A stretch of DNA of 62,773 nucleotides, the filler included, from Choristocarpus tenellus KU-1152 (taxonomy: Eukaryota; Protista; Phaeophyceae): the NCBI GenBank assembly GCA_964200185.2. It is 12 parts of 12 records of this genome, joined end to end, with 100 filler letters (N's around TTAATTAATTAA, not from the genome) between each part and the next. Parts side by side here need not be neighbours in the genome. Positions count along the whole stretch, not along the records: positions 43,428 to 52,796 come from CAXNAD020003736.1; positions 52,897 to 55,733 come from CAXNAD020024316.1; positions 55,834 to 59,533 come from CAXNAD020018434.1; 9 more parts are not named here. One strand, 5' to 3'. The notes under the pieces were generated by a model. The model ran no database searches, was not told the DNA's origin, and saw only the letters and a program-made list of their open reading frames with translations. Below are positions 46,160 through 58,325 of this stretch, piece by piece. Positions within the stretch are counted from its first letter, which is position 1, and each line of letters starts with the position of its first letter. Made by a program: the position numbers and the translations under genes.

Positions 46160-47719
46160 CTAGTTGACGTCTTCCAGCTTGTCTTCTGCCGTAAACTTGT
46201 CCCAGGCCTCGACTTGCTCTGATTCGTACTCTGCAACAAACTTATTGATGGCATCATCCCGGCTCTTATCTGCCGATGCCTCCATCTCCTTCAACTTGCT
46301 CTCATAGTCGTTTTCCAACTTTGAAGCCTTTGCCAACTTCTCCAGCTGTTCAGTCATAGATTTTGCCACTTCTGTGTCTGTCACCATGCGTGTAGCAACA
46401 TCTTCACCCATTTTCATCAATACAAGAACATAGAGTTTGATGAGTGTTTGTAGGAGCGCACGAGATGATTCGGATAGAGCTCTTGGGAGGCAGACCACAA
46501 TCAAAATATGTGAAATTCCTGATTCTCACTACCAAAAAAAATGAGGTTAACTTAGCAACTAAATCTTGCAATGTGTATTACTGTCAATAACAAATCAGGT
46601 TTGAAGAAAAATAACTTTTAAAAACGAATAACCAACAAAAGTACAGCTCTTAAATCACTCCCAGGTCGCCACAACAACCCTCTCCACTTCTCATCTCATC
46701 TCTGTGATCTAAGCAACCTTTTGCTCTTCCCTAGTACAACCTACCACAAAATACACCAAAAGTTGTAGCTAATGGAAAGGCAATCTACCATTCACCCAGG
46801 CAGTGCAGTACTGCTTTAATGGAGGGATGGTGGCATAGAATTTTTTTCCATTAACTAGACCCCCACAAATGCTTTGATATTTTTCCTCTCTGCAAAAAGA
46901 AATCTTGACCATATACTTGACCAAGACCAGCTAAGAACACCGACCAACTCGTCATACAAATCGTGGACACAAGAGCTTCAAGTTTAGATTAGTTGGAAGC
47001 GACTATTACTACATACTATTACCGACATGTTTGGTGGAGTGTCACTTCCAGTCACATAAAAAAGCTGCAGGCTCCAAAACATCAAAATACTATACTTTTA
47101 ACTGCAGTGACTCATACAACATGGCCACTGAGCCACAATAATTTATTCAGAATGGGCAGGAGACGACACTCTATCACTCTTCTCATTCTCACTACCTTTG
47201 CTCTTCTGTAGATACCCTCATATTATCAGTGTTAAAGGTCAAAGCATTTGCAAGAAAACATCAAATATATATTTTCGCTCTTGCAACACTTAAGCCATTA
47301 AATCATTCATGCTACATTACTTTCGACATTGGCATACTGTACCTCAGTAATCCCATTTCAATTCCGCAATTGAAGAACAAATGCGCAAATTTGGGCCTGT
47401 TACCGAAAGATCTGGGTGAAACAGATCAAGGTACGCACAGGAGATCTACATTTCTTTTTAAGGTACTTCAATGACGCGCTTAAAGAACACATCGATCTTT
47501 TAATCTTCATCGAAGGTTACGCGTAACATTTCTCCACAGGTGAAGCACTAGTGCACACTCAACAATGGTAGCACATTAGCACATTAGTAGTATCACCACT
47601 GGGTCCCTATTCTTACCTGAGGCACACGAATGCCGGCTGAGACGAGGTGCCACGCCAACGAAGGCATTCACTGAAGCTGCCAGGAATGCCACAACGGCCA
47701 GGATAGCGAGACGGAACAT
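46160..47719 (-). CDS. Small (114 aa) plastid-targeted acidic helical protein (exons 47719-47617, 46401-46160)
   Basis: MFRLAILAVVAFLAASVNA-FVGVAPRLSRHSCASDVATRM is a signal peptide plus Phe at +1 plus transit peptide (ASAFAP-type presequence). Phase-1 GT-AG intron. The mature part is E/K/D/A-rich. Confidence 0.8.
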
Positions 47720-49015
47720 GACTGTTGCGGCGAATTAAGAAGACAAGGGACGGAAAAGATGTACAGGCGGCAAAGCACAGCATTGAGTGGTTGACGTAGG
47801 GAGGCTTCTTCAGTGTTTCTACACCCCCAACCAGCGCTGTATAGGGTAAGGTGTCAAAATTTCGACATGCACACAACGAACACACACGACCAAACACGAT
47901 CGCTGGCGTTGCACGAAGACGACATCAACCACTTGCTATTATGTTTCCGATCAACGCGGTGTTTGTATGTGCTTGGTGTGGGTGGTTGGTCTATGCCCGA
48001 ACTTTCCATACGAAGCAGACCCCGAAAAAAGTCACCCCATACTGTGAGTGTCAGATTTATCACCAGATGCAATGGAACCTCAAAATCCGAAGATAGTTAT
48101 CTTTGTAGGCCAAGTACTACTAGCTTCGGTCTTTTGCATGTTCTTGTCTTCTCCCTGTAGGGTCGGTGACAGGTTTCCCTTTTCATTGGCAAAAGAGCCA
48201 AGCCCAAACATCGAGTTCTATCGAATCGCCAAAATACGAAGGTAATGCATCGATTCTATCAACCTCTCCCTCAGGTCGGGTCTTGGCGAGTACGTCTTTC
48301 AAACACAGAACGTCAAATACCCACTGGACTGACCAGATTCTGTCCCACATCGACGGATCCCACGGTCAACCCTTGTCCACGATAAGATAGCACATGGTTT
48401 CAACAACCGAAACAGTAACTACGATCAGATAAGGGCTACTCACCTTAAGTGGGTGGCAGGGAGCTCAGTAGTCGAGATAATGGGTTAGGTAATGTAGAGA
48501 CTTGCGTGTGTGTTGCATGAAACCTGACATGAACGATCGCACGATGAAGCCGCGCGCACAAAGGGGTAGCGCGTAAATGCGAGATTTTGGGAGAGTGTGT
48601 TTATGTTGTGGTGCATCAACTTGGGGTTAGTGACACTTGCTGTGTGTTAGGGACTTGGATTGGATGCAAAACATCGACTTATTAACTTGAATCGTGCAAA
48701 CTGGTGATAGGCTGGTTTGTGCCGTTCAAGGTGGATTTGTCACATCTTGTGACCCTTAGGAGGGGCCGAACACGTGAAGGGAAGGGAAGGGACTTGGTCT
48801 CATTAGGACTGTCTCTGAAGGGAAAGGAGATTGGACAGGTCAAACTTCTTTCGGGGAGGGACACTGGACAAAAAAATCTGTACCTGTAGGTGGATTGTGA
48901 CGAGGAGAAGGAAAAGGAGGCACCCGTGAGCGGAACTAGGAGCTTGCTGTTGTGTATAGGTCGACAGTCACCTTAAGAGGTATCTCTGCCTTTCCGCTCG
49001 AGTTAGAGCTTGACC

Positions 49016-52000
49016 ATGGCGAAAATGGGAGTAAATCGGAAGCTCCAAAGTGAGTATATAGAAGAAATGCTCGTCCCTCACCTCAGCATTGCACCATATG
49101 CAGAGCGACCGGATTTTGCGATGGGGCGATGAACCAACTCCCAAGGCCTGGGATGTCCATCTTGGCATACCTGACGTTTACAATGGGTGTAATTGGCGAT
49201 GGCTTGCTGTAGCAGCGATGTGTTTGTGGCGTGGGCTCTCGGTTCATCCGTGGCTGTTCCCTTGTCTCGCTCTTGCTTGGGATGCTCTCTCAATTTACGC
49301 ATCCAGAGCTTCGTCCGTTTCAATTCTGCTGATTTTGGTCTCCTGAGCTTCATATTGAACTCCTCTCCTGAGCTTATCCTTAAGTGATTCATTGACAACC
49401 TTGGAGTCCTCCGTTGTCGTTTTCCTCAGTATGATTGTGTCCAAGTATCAGCCCCAACAAAGGGGTGTACCTATCGAGTTTGTATTCGTGACAGAAGACG
49501 GTAAACCTTTTCCTGCTCCCTCGCAAGACCCAACTTAAACCATAACTACGTAGTCATACGTGACCTGAGTATTGCGAGGAAGCTGCAGGGTACTACCCTC
49601 CTGCTATGCCCTGGATTTCCACTCCATGAGAAGCTCGTTTGAATGGCGAAACTCTGAATCCAAAGGAGTACATGACTAATTAAACCCAACCTTATCCACA
49701 CATACTTGGTGTGCCTCCTTGACTGCCGTTTTCCTCAGCCGAGATTGACCGGACACTGAAAAAGGTGGATGAGGGGGTGGTCCTGTTCGATGAGATTTGG
49801 GACAAGGTGTACTCCGCCACGCAACAAAACCAGAAGGAGAAGTACGAGGGGGACCTGAAGAAGGAAATCAAGAAGCTCCAGGCATGGCTCTTCTTTTGTT
49901 TACTCACTTAAGGCACATTTTCACACGTGCACATTTTTATTCCTGGATGAGACATACTCATGTGTCATTTTGCAGGCAGAGTCTTGTTTTGTGTATCTTG
50001 GTCTGTTTCGTACATCACTGTGGCATGTTTTTTCCTTCACGTTCTCCTCTCTTTTCTAGTCTCATTTTCCAATGGAAATCGCTCCTCACGACTGGTCTTG
50101 TCCCCCTTGGGAACATAACGAGATCACCCCCTCACTTGTGCAGAGACATCGGGACTCTATCAAGGGATGGTTGCAGAGCAACGACATAAAGGACAAGACG
50201 CTTTTGCTGGAGGTCCGAAAACGAATAGAGTCTAAGATGGAGCAATTCAAGGTCTGTGAGAAAGAGACCAAGACAAAGCGATTCAGCAAGGAGGGACTGG
50301 CAAGAGAGGCGGAGGTGAAGGCGCCTTTTTTTTTCATTTTTTTGGATGTCTGCATACACACACACGTTTGGCAAGAAGTTTACAGTACAGATACTCTTCG
50401 CAGAGCAGTGTTTTTCTCTCTCCAACTCCCATCTATTTCTTTGTTCTCGTGTTTGTGAGGCCTTTTGCAAGAGTTGGCTATTGTTGTCATTGTGGAGGAT
50501 TTTTTTTGTTGGATGGTAAGGACGGTCAAATGTATTTTTATGTCTGTTGATGTGCATTGTTTACAAGAGATGGAAACACAAATGGATATCATGAACACTC
50601 ACGAATGCATGGAAAGCACACCCTCAGTACCATTTTGCTACTACCTTGTTGCACATGTTGCTATTTAGGGAAAGAGGGATGGGGGCCGTGATGCTGGGCT
50701 ACTTTGCAGCTTGGTTTGTGGTGGTAGTGATGGTGTTTCCCTTTGATATTTGTGGATGTGGATACATCTCTAGCAGCATCAGAAATGACGTGATTCTCGT
50801 AGAGCTAGTGATTGGCAGAGTAAAGGATACAGCGTGAGGGTGGGATGGGTAGGACTACAATCTTTCAAGTCCATTGAAGTGGGGAGAATGGGCTGAATGG
50901 TTGTGTAATGGAAGGAGCGATTGATATCAAATTAGGTAGCTGTGGATTATCCATCAGAGGTGTTGGGTGCTTGATTTAGGGGTGTGTGATAGAACCCTTG
51001 GAGCGGGTCTATGTGCTAAGAATACCTTTAATCTCATCTTACCCCTGCATTGCAGCAATATATTACATTGCAGGAAGAGGCAGTGGATGTTGGTGATCAC
51101 TCTTGGAAGCGTGGGATGATGCAAGGTGGAGATAGGGGATTTTTACCAGGTCTCTCCCTTGGGGAGTGTGCGGCAGTTGTGCAAATTTGTATGTGTCCTG
51201 TGGAAGTCGTTGGTGTCCTCCCAGTCTTTCCTACCTGGCAGATATGAGAAGTGAATATGTGGCTCAAAGGTTGTGATGTGCCATAGATTCCTGTGACTAT
51301 TGTTATGTCAGTGCCATGGCTGATGCTGATGCTTGCCCCCATCCCCTGTTGCTGCCAATGTTGCGAACGCAAGATGGATCCAGAGGAAAAAGAGAAAATG
51401 GACAAGCGGGACTGGCTTTCTGATAAAATTCAGGAGATCAACACACAGCTGGAGGGCTTTGAGGCAGACCTAGAAAAGGTAGATATATTGCCTGGTTGGG
51501 GGAGATATTTAGGGGGAGATGTCCACAGATTCTAAGCTTGTGTAGCACTTTGGAATATTTTTTGACACCTGGACTGCAGCCGTGGCAATGATAGATCTAT
51601 GACTGCTCTGAATTTTTGGTTTTTATCGTAAGTATGACCACAATAGTGGAAAGGTACGAATTTGTTTTGTAGTGGTTGCACCAGTGGTCTGTGTTAAAGA
51701 TACCAGGTCTTGATGTTATTATTATTATTATTATTGTTGCTGATACACTTTTGCAATAGTTGGGAGCAGGGTTTGATCACTTGACTGTTTGTATGTACTA
51801 GTTTGTGCAGCTGCTTCTCCTTTGGCTAATTTTCTTGTTTGGCAGGTGAATCTCTGCAAAAACCTGTTGCAAAAGTGACCTTGATGTGATTTTGGCCCCG
51901 CAGAAATACATCTTCATTTTGTCCGTGTTTTGCATGGAACGTCCCAATTTGATCAATCAAACCCTTATAAAATGCTTAAACTATTGGAACATTCAAATGA

Positions 52001-52479
52001 TCCTGGAATTGTAAATGTTCCAGCTGTGAATGGCCGACCCTGCACCCAACAACAATCCTGTACCACTATATGTACAGAAGATCTTTGAATCGTCTCCCCA
52101 TGGAGTTCTGCTGTTGACTTCGCAGCAGGCATGGCCTTTGAGAGGAAAGTCCCTGAATGAGGGACCCCTACCTTCTCCTTAAGAGTGTGAGGGGCATGAC
52201 TGTTGGCTATTCCACTCTACCTACCCCCTTGCCCATTTATACCATCTAACGCACGTCAATTCTGATCCTGCACCTTGGCATCTGATTGTCCTCTCTGAAT
52301 TGGTCTCATGGGTTGGGTGGGGGTTGGTATAGCTCACGTCTGGAGGAAAGAAAAAGAAAGGTCCTGAAGCGGACAAGGCGGCTGGGCTTGAGAATGCCCT
52401 GGCGCAACATAACTATCACATCGGACGCTTGGAACAGATGATGCGTCTACTAGACAACAACGATCTGGCTGCGTGTCAG
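49016..52479 (+). CDS. CNOT3: CCR4-NOT subunit NOT3/CNOT3, 5' part (exons 49016-49049, 49739-49881, 50144-50314, 51374-51478, 52333-52479; continues off contig)
   Basis: (MAK)[32 protein letters not shown]...[25 protein letters not shown]...[28 protein letters not shown]...[14 protein letters not shown] is the Not3 N-terminal domain. Confidence 0.96.
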
Positions 52480-52796
52480 GTGCGATCTTCCTGCAACTCA
52501 CAGTGACTGTGTAGGGTATGTTTCGAGAAGGGGAGGGGAATGACTAGGTGTGACTAGGTGATGAGAAGTTGGGTACTATAATTTTGGGTTTTTGTGTGTG
52601 TGTGTGTGTGTGCGTGCGTGTGCGTGTACTAAACATGGTTTACTACTTTTTTTGGTTGTTGTGTAGGTTGTTGTTCGTGCGTTTATTGCACTGTTGGAAT
52701 GTTTACAGTACTCTTTTTTGGTCTCTGATAGTGTAGTGTCACTCTTGTGGAGGCGAGGGTCTTGAATCGTACCTCCCTTCCCCCTTCCCCCTCCCC

Positions 52797-52896
52797 NNNN
52801 NNNNNNNNNNNNNNNNNNNNNNNNNNNNNNNNNNNNNNNNTTAATTAATTAANNNNNNNNNNNNNNNNNNNNNNNNNNNNNNNNNNNNNNNNNNNN
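52797..52896. other. Artificial contig spacer
   Basis: N44-TTAATTAATTAA-N44. Confidence 0.99.
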
Positions 52897-55273
52897 GCTT
52901 TAAAAGGAACTACGCTGGACCACAAGGACCTGTCTTAGATGGTGTATGTTTGCAGGATCTAGGTACATCAGACCTAAGCCCAGGTCACCCCACACTGTCC
53001 CCTTGCTCTCTCTGTGCTTTGGTAGATTCAGAACTAGAGTGTGCTCCTCCCTCACGTGATGAACCGAGTCTAGGTGTAGGACAAACGTTAATTCAGGAAA
53101 CAGTTGATGCCACACTCTCAGGAATACTGTCAGCATTGCAAGATTGCCACACGGAACCTGATAATCGAGACTTAGGCGTTAGAGGTTGGTTACCACTCAG
53201 TAGTTCCCAGGATCAAAGTCCGCCAGAGTGTATACCCCCTCCCTCTGGTTGGATGGCCCCAGATAAAATACCTGGTGTAGACCCGACACATACCCCACAG
53301 CAACTCCTTCCCTCGCTTAATGCCACTAACACGTTTGGTTGGCAACCTTTAGACCCTACCCTCGAAGACAGGGTAGAAATGAAAGGAAAAGCAGGAGAAG
53401 AGAAGCCACCTTGCAAGAAAAGGCGCACAAGTACACCAAGGCCAAAGAACAAGAAGGGTAGAGACAGAATAGTCCGAATGAGTGAGGTGGTTCAACACCA
53501 TCCCACTCTCAAGAGAGCACTAGCTACTCTATCAGACGTGCCGGAGCTAGTGGAGAGGCAGAAGAAAGATCCCTTCTTGGGCAGCATACGGGGTGTACTC
53601 GAAGGCCAAGAACACTACTGGAAGTCGTAATTCTAATGGGGAAAAGGGAGTATAGATGTGGAGTCATATTCCCTAGATGATAAGGAGTTACTCTGGTACA
53701 CACCTGGAGAGTATGCACCTAGGCTGGCAGTTCCTCGTTCACTAGTGTCAGACATAATAGCACTAGTTCACCTGCAGACTAGCCACCAGGGAGTTGGACG
53801 CACAGTAGCCCTAACCCGTCGATACTTCTTTTGGCCCTCACTCCACAAAGACACGCAGGATTATGTTTTATCCTCTGTGGCTGTCGCAGACGAAAGAGGG
53901 CTAGGAGCGCACAAGTGGCAATGCTGCCAGCCAAGTTCCTGGAACCATGGGGTGTACTTGAGATGGATCTACAAGATGTAGGACACATCTCAGCGAAAGG
54001 CAACAAGTATCTATTAATTGTCATTGATAGAGCTTCGAGATTCCCTTTTGCATTCCCAATGGCGTCAAAGGAAGCAACTGGAGTAACAACAAACGTGTTA
54101 GAATTATGTCTTACATTTGGGATCCCTCTGTCAATTCGTAGTGATGCAGGAGGGGAGTTCACAGAAGACATAATGAATCACCTTTGCCGTTGATTGAAGG
54201 TCCCTATCAATTATGGACCAACTGGTAACTCGAGAGGACAAGGGGGAGTAGAAAAGGTGGGAGGTCTGCTTTTAGAAGTCCTGTCGGAACTATGTGTGAA
54301 GTGGCCAGATAGATGGGATGAGTATGTATCTCCGGCATGTTGGGCACAACGCACTACTCCAGATCCCTCTGACCCTCTCAATCCCACCCCCTTCCGAGTC
54401 CTGTTTGGCCGTGACCCCCACACACAGCTAGACCCCGTCATACCGAAGTTGGATGGGAACGTAGATGTTGGAGGATTGGATTCCTTTGTCGAGCAACGCA
54501 GACAGAACTTCAGGGAGGTACGAGAAGTCCTGGAGAGACGGATGCCCTCTCGACGGAAACACACAGAGAGAGACAATGCTGTGACTGCTAGGTCTTCCCC
54601 AGGACTCGGATCCAAACCAGGTGACCTAGTTCTAGTAAAAGAAGCGGGCAGCTCTATTCATGGGGAAATATTAGGTGGGATAAGAGTAGGCAGAGAGCTA
54701 GTCCATGGAAGGTGGACAGGACCGTGAACTGTGAAGGAAATTTCACACCAGAGTAGTAGCATGACAGCAGAACTGCTAGGTAGGCAAACACCCACTCGTA
54801 ATGTTCATGATTCTTATGTGAAACCCTTCCACGTAAGGCCCATCCATCTGAGACATAGCTTCCAAGAGGAATATGCTCAACTAGTGTGGGAGTCGGACCT
54901 GAGTCTGGGAGTACCGGGGAAAATATCAGAACGGAGAGATATCAGACTGGGAAACCGAGAAAGAGACTATGGATAGCTTCACCCCACTCCAGTTGGATGT
55001 CTTCCATGCCTTCTGGGACCTGTATAATCCAGACACGAGCCCACGTCCTACTGACACCTCTTGCCAAGGAAAACCCTTGTCTAGAGAGGATGCATTATGC
55101 CTTTTCCCCACAGGTACCACTCTCAAGAAGTCATGGAAAGATGAGAAGGGAGGGATAAGTGGTACACAGGTACATTTTTTGACTTCAAGTCACCTTACTG
55201 GAGGGTGCGGTTTAATGATGGGGATAGGGAGGAAATGAACAAAATCGAAATGAGTCGCTTCCCCCAAAAATGA
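52897..55273 (+). mobile_element. Ty3/Gypsy LTR retrotransposon pol 3' part (integrase H2C2 + rve + C-terminal domains), inactivated
   Basis: H...HQGVGRT....YFFWPSL...CGC, MDL...KYLLIVIDRASRF, FGIPLSIRSDAGGEF, GQGGVEK, TPFRVLFGR, WTGP. Stops at about 53628, 54191 and 54725, and a frameshift near 53873. Confidence 0.93.
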
Positions 55274-55654
55274 TCCACCAGGTACCCAATATGCATCCAG
55301 AAGGCAAGGTACGTGAGGACTAACTGATTCATGTAAGAACACAGGAATCAAACATTGACAGTCCTAGTCCCCACAGAACGGAAGACAGGAGAAGTCAGAA
55401 ACATTAAGTAACCTATATCAGCCCAGGCAGTAGTTTATATAGGGTGCTTTTGTTTCTCTTTTTTTTCCCCTTCTTTCCCTCTTCTTATTTTTTATTTTTT
55501 GTATTGTTAATATTTATTTGTCCCTTTCTTTTTTTTATATTTCTTTTCTTTTCTTTCTTTTCTTTCTATCAGCCCTGATATCCCCATATAACTGCACTTA
55601 CTTTGCTGTACATTGCTTAAGTTCTCCCTCCTCTTTCCCTCCCTCCTTTCTTTT

Positions 55655-55733
55655 GGGTCCAAGTATCTAGGGCGGGGGGGGGGAGGGTGGCGGCTGTCCA
55701 TTTGGGGCCAATTTTTCATATCGAAATTTTTGG
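55655..55733 (-). mobile_element. MITE family A, cut by contig end
   Basis: gggtccaagtatctaggg..ggctgtccatttggggcc. Confidence 0.8.
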
Positions 55734-55833
55734 NNNNNNNNNNNNNNNNNNNNNNNNNNNNNNNNNNNNNNNNNNNNTTAATTAATTAANNNNNNNNNNN
55801 NNNNNNNNNNNNNNNNNNNNNNNNNNNNNNNNN
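55734..55833. other. Artificial contig spacer
   Basis: N44-TTAATTAATTAA-N44. Confidence 0.99.
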
Positions 55834-57529
55834 GGGGAGGGGAGAGGGGGGAGTGAGAGCAGTGGGGGGATCAGGGATCGAGAAGGCAACAGTAGCAGTC
55901 ATGGAGCAAGGGAAGGGCAACTAGTTGGCGAAAGTGACGGAGCAGAAGGGCAAGGGAAAGCAGATCTGAACCTTGCCTTGAAAAGGCCGAGTCCAATGTT
56001 CCGCTCAGCATCGATGTTTGAGCGAGGGGCAGGGGTCTCAGACATTATTAGTACCAGTCCAACAAGGTGAGAGCCCCCTCGGAACTTTTTACTTTTTGGC
56101 TTGTTTTATCAGGTACCAGCAGACATGTGCAAGCGTTAAGGAGAGGGAAGAGTAGAGATGCTACTATGTGTTGGATGGAGGGGGGGTTATTGAAATGAAG
56201 GCAAGATAGAATCACCCCTCTATGTTGTAGCCCAAATGTATGTTTCCTGTTGCGTTACGGGTTGCTTCAAATTCCACTACCTTGTATTTTGGCTGTCCCT
56301 GCATGCAACGCCTTGCCTAGGTATTGGTTTGGTGATGTGTAGTGATATTTAGCTTTGTTGGCAAGCAAGGGTTGTGCAGTAGCAGGTGCTCTTGCTGCAA
56401 GACGTTCTCGGTCTACTGATTGTATACACGCATGACCAATGCATTCGAAGAATAGGAGGAGTGGGAGAACTCATTGGAAGCAGTAGGTCCTTCTCAGCAA
56501 TGGATGTTAGGTTCCCTCAATTCAAGAGAAGTTGTGCGAATCGTTCCCCCCCCCACCCCTGATCTGACCACTCAGCCAGTTGGAATATTCCTACAGATCT
56601 CCAAAATGAGCTGTGTCCCTGCCTTTTTTTTTATCGATTCCTTTGTCTTGCTTTGCACCTTGATCTTTTCCACTTCCGTAATTCACACAACTTTTAACCT
56701 ATTCTTAGATAGCTTTTATCCTGCTTCCACAACATTCTCATAGTCATGGTTAATAGGGTATTTTTATGAAGAGGGAGAGGATTGGGACCTCATCCCCGTA
56801 ACAGCATACCAACTTACTGCTGGCATATCTTTGTTTTCTGAAGCTGGGGTTCTAGGTAGAGGGAAGTTCATATCCTGCGTCGTCCTTTAATTTTTTCTGT
56901 ATCATTTGTGAGCAACTCACAAGACAATTCTCACACCTCGGGCCTATTATATTTCTAGCCATGTGAAAAGTGATTTTTGCTGTACCTGAATACACAACAT
57001 GCCTCTTGTCTTTTTGTGTTAGTAGTGTGATACATGTTTTGCAGGCAGCAAAATCCTGCTTGCTGGCTTCTGCTTTCACTACTGGGGCAGGTAATCGAGT
57101 GCTAACAAGCCATGTCCAACTAAGAAAAAAATTAGAGGAGAGGTGTGGGTAGGGTTTACAGATATGACAAAGCCTGCGTCTTCATCATCAATATAGCTAA
57201 CATTGCCTGATGCAAACCAATCTATATGCTTCATTAGACATGCACCAACCAGAGCTTTCACCTCTTGTCGTGTGTGCTGACAGTCACAAGAGTTAAGGTC
57301 ATTCCCATCCCCATGGAAAATCCACCATGAGAGGCAGTGACTGCATCACCACCATGAAGGGCCCGACTCCAACACCTAGGAGGCGTTACTTTTCCCCTAC
57401 CCCTAAACACTGCAATTGATGCCAGTAGACTCTTATAGTATCAATGGTAGTCATGTTCCAATAGACTGCAAGTGACACCATCTCTCCTTGGCCAAAGATT
57501 CAAGATTCAATAGATCCATTTTGCCTTCT

Positions 57530-57571
<42 letters not shown>

Positions 57572-58325
57572 ACTGCTGTTGCAATACCCGTTCTTCTCAT
57601 GCATGTCTGCAACTCCCCACTTGTGAGAAGTCCGTACCCTAGTCTCCTCCGATCTTGTATATCGGGGACTGTGAGCCACGGTATGTCACTTGCTCAGTTT
57701 GCTGTTCGACGTGAGGGGAAGCTGATGCTGGCCATGGTTGGGCTGCCGGCCCGGGGCAAGACCTACATTGCCAAGAGTATCAAGCGGCACATGGTGAGTG
57801 AATTGGTTCAGAGAGGGCGTCGCTCCTAACCACAGCACAGCTGTCTGTATGTCAACGCGGGCTGATGTGAGTCAACAGGGGTGATGCGGTGGGTTTGTTC
57901 TTTTTTTTTCGTTATAGTTTTTATTTGTATTTACTGCAGTGTTTCGTTGTGGACCAAACCCTTAAACTTCAACTCGAACGGTGTTGAAGTTGAACAGCTA
58001 GAACAATGGGTTCACTCGTTCATCTCTGCCCTCGCCTACAATGAGTCGCATTTTGATCCCCCTGCCCATCCAAGTCCCTCCACCTGAACTTGAGTTACGG
58101 CACCGTCATTGCCTCCCTCATCAATACCAAAACGATTGCAGAAAGCTGTTTTGGTGCCAATGCCCGTCCATCCTCCCCCGCCCGGCGCCCCATTCATCAT
58201 TGCTATGGGTTTTTGTATAGGACTGGTTTGGGCTTAGAACGGAAACCTTCAATGCTGGAAACTACAGGCGAAAGGTTGTTGGCCCAGAAGCCCCTGCCAG
58301 TTTCTTTGACCCTGCCAATGAAGAG
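55834..58325 (+). CDS. PFKFB: 6-phosphofructo-2-kinase/fructose-2,6-bisphosphatase, internal exons (55834-56066, 57631-57793, 58221-58325)
   Basis: LAMVGLPARGKTYIAKSIKRHM|DWFGLRTETFNAGNYRRK...FFDPANEE is the 6PF2K P-loop region. Junctions are in phase. Confidence 0.93.
57534..57569. repeat. (TG)18 microsatellite
   Basis: Directly visible. Confidence 0.95.
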
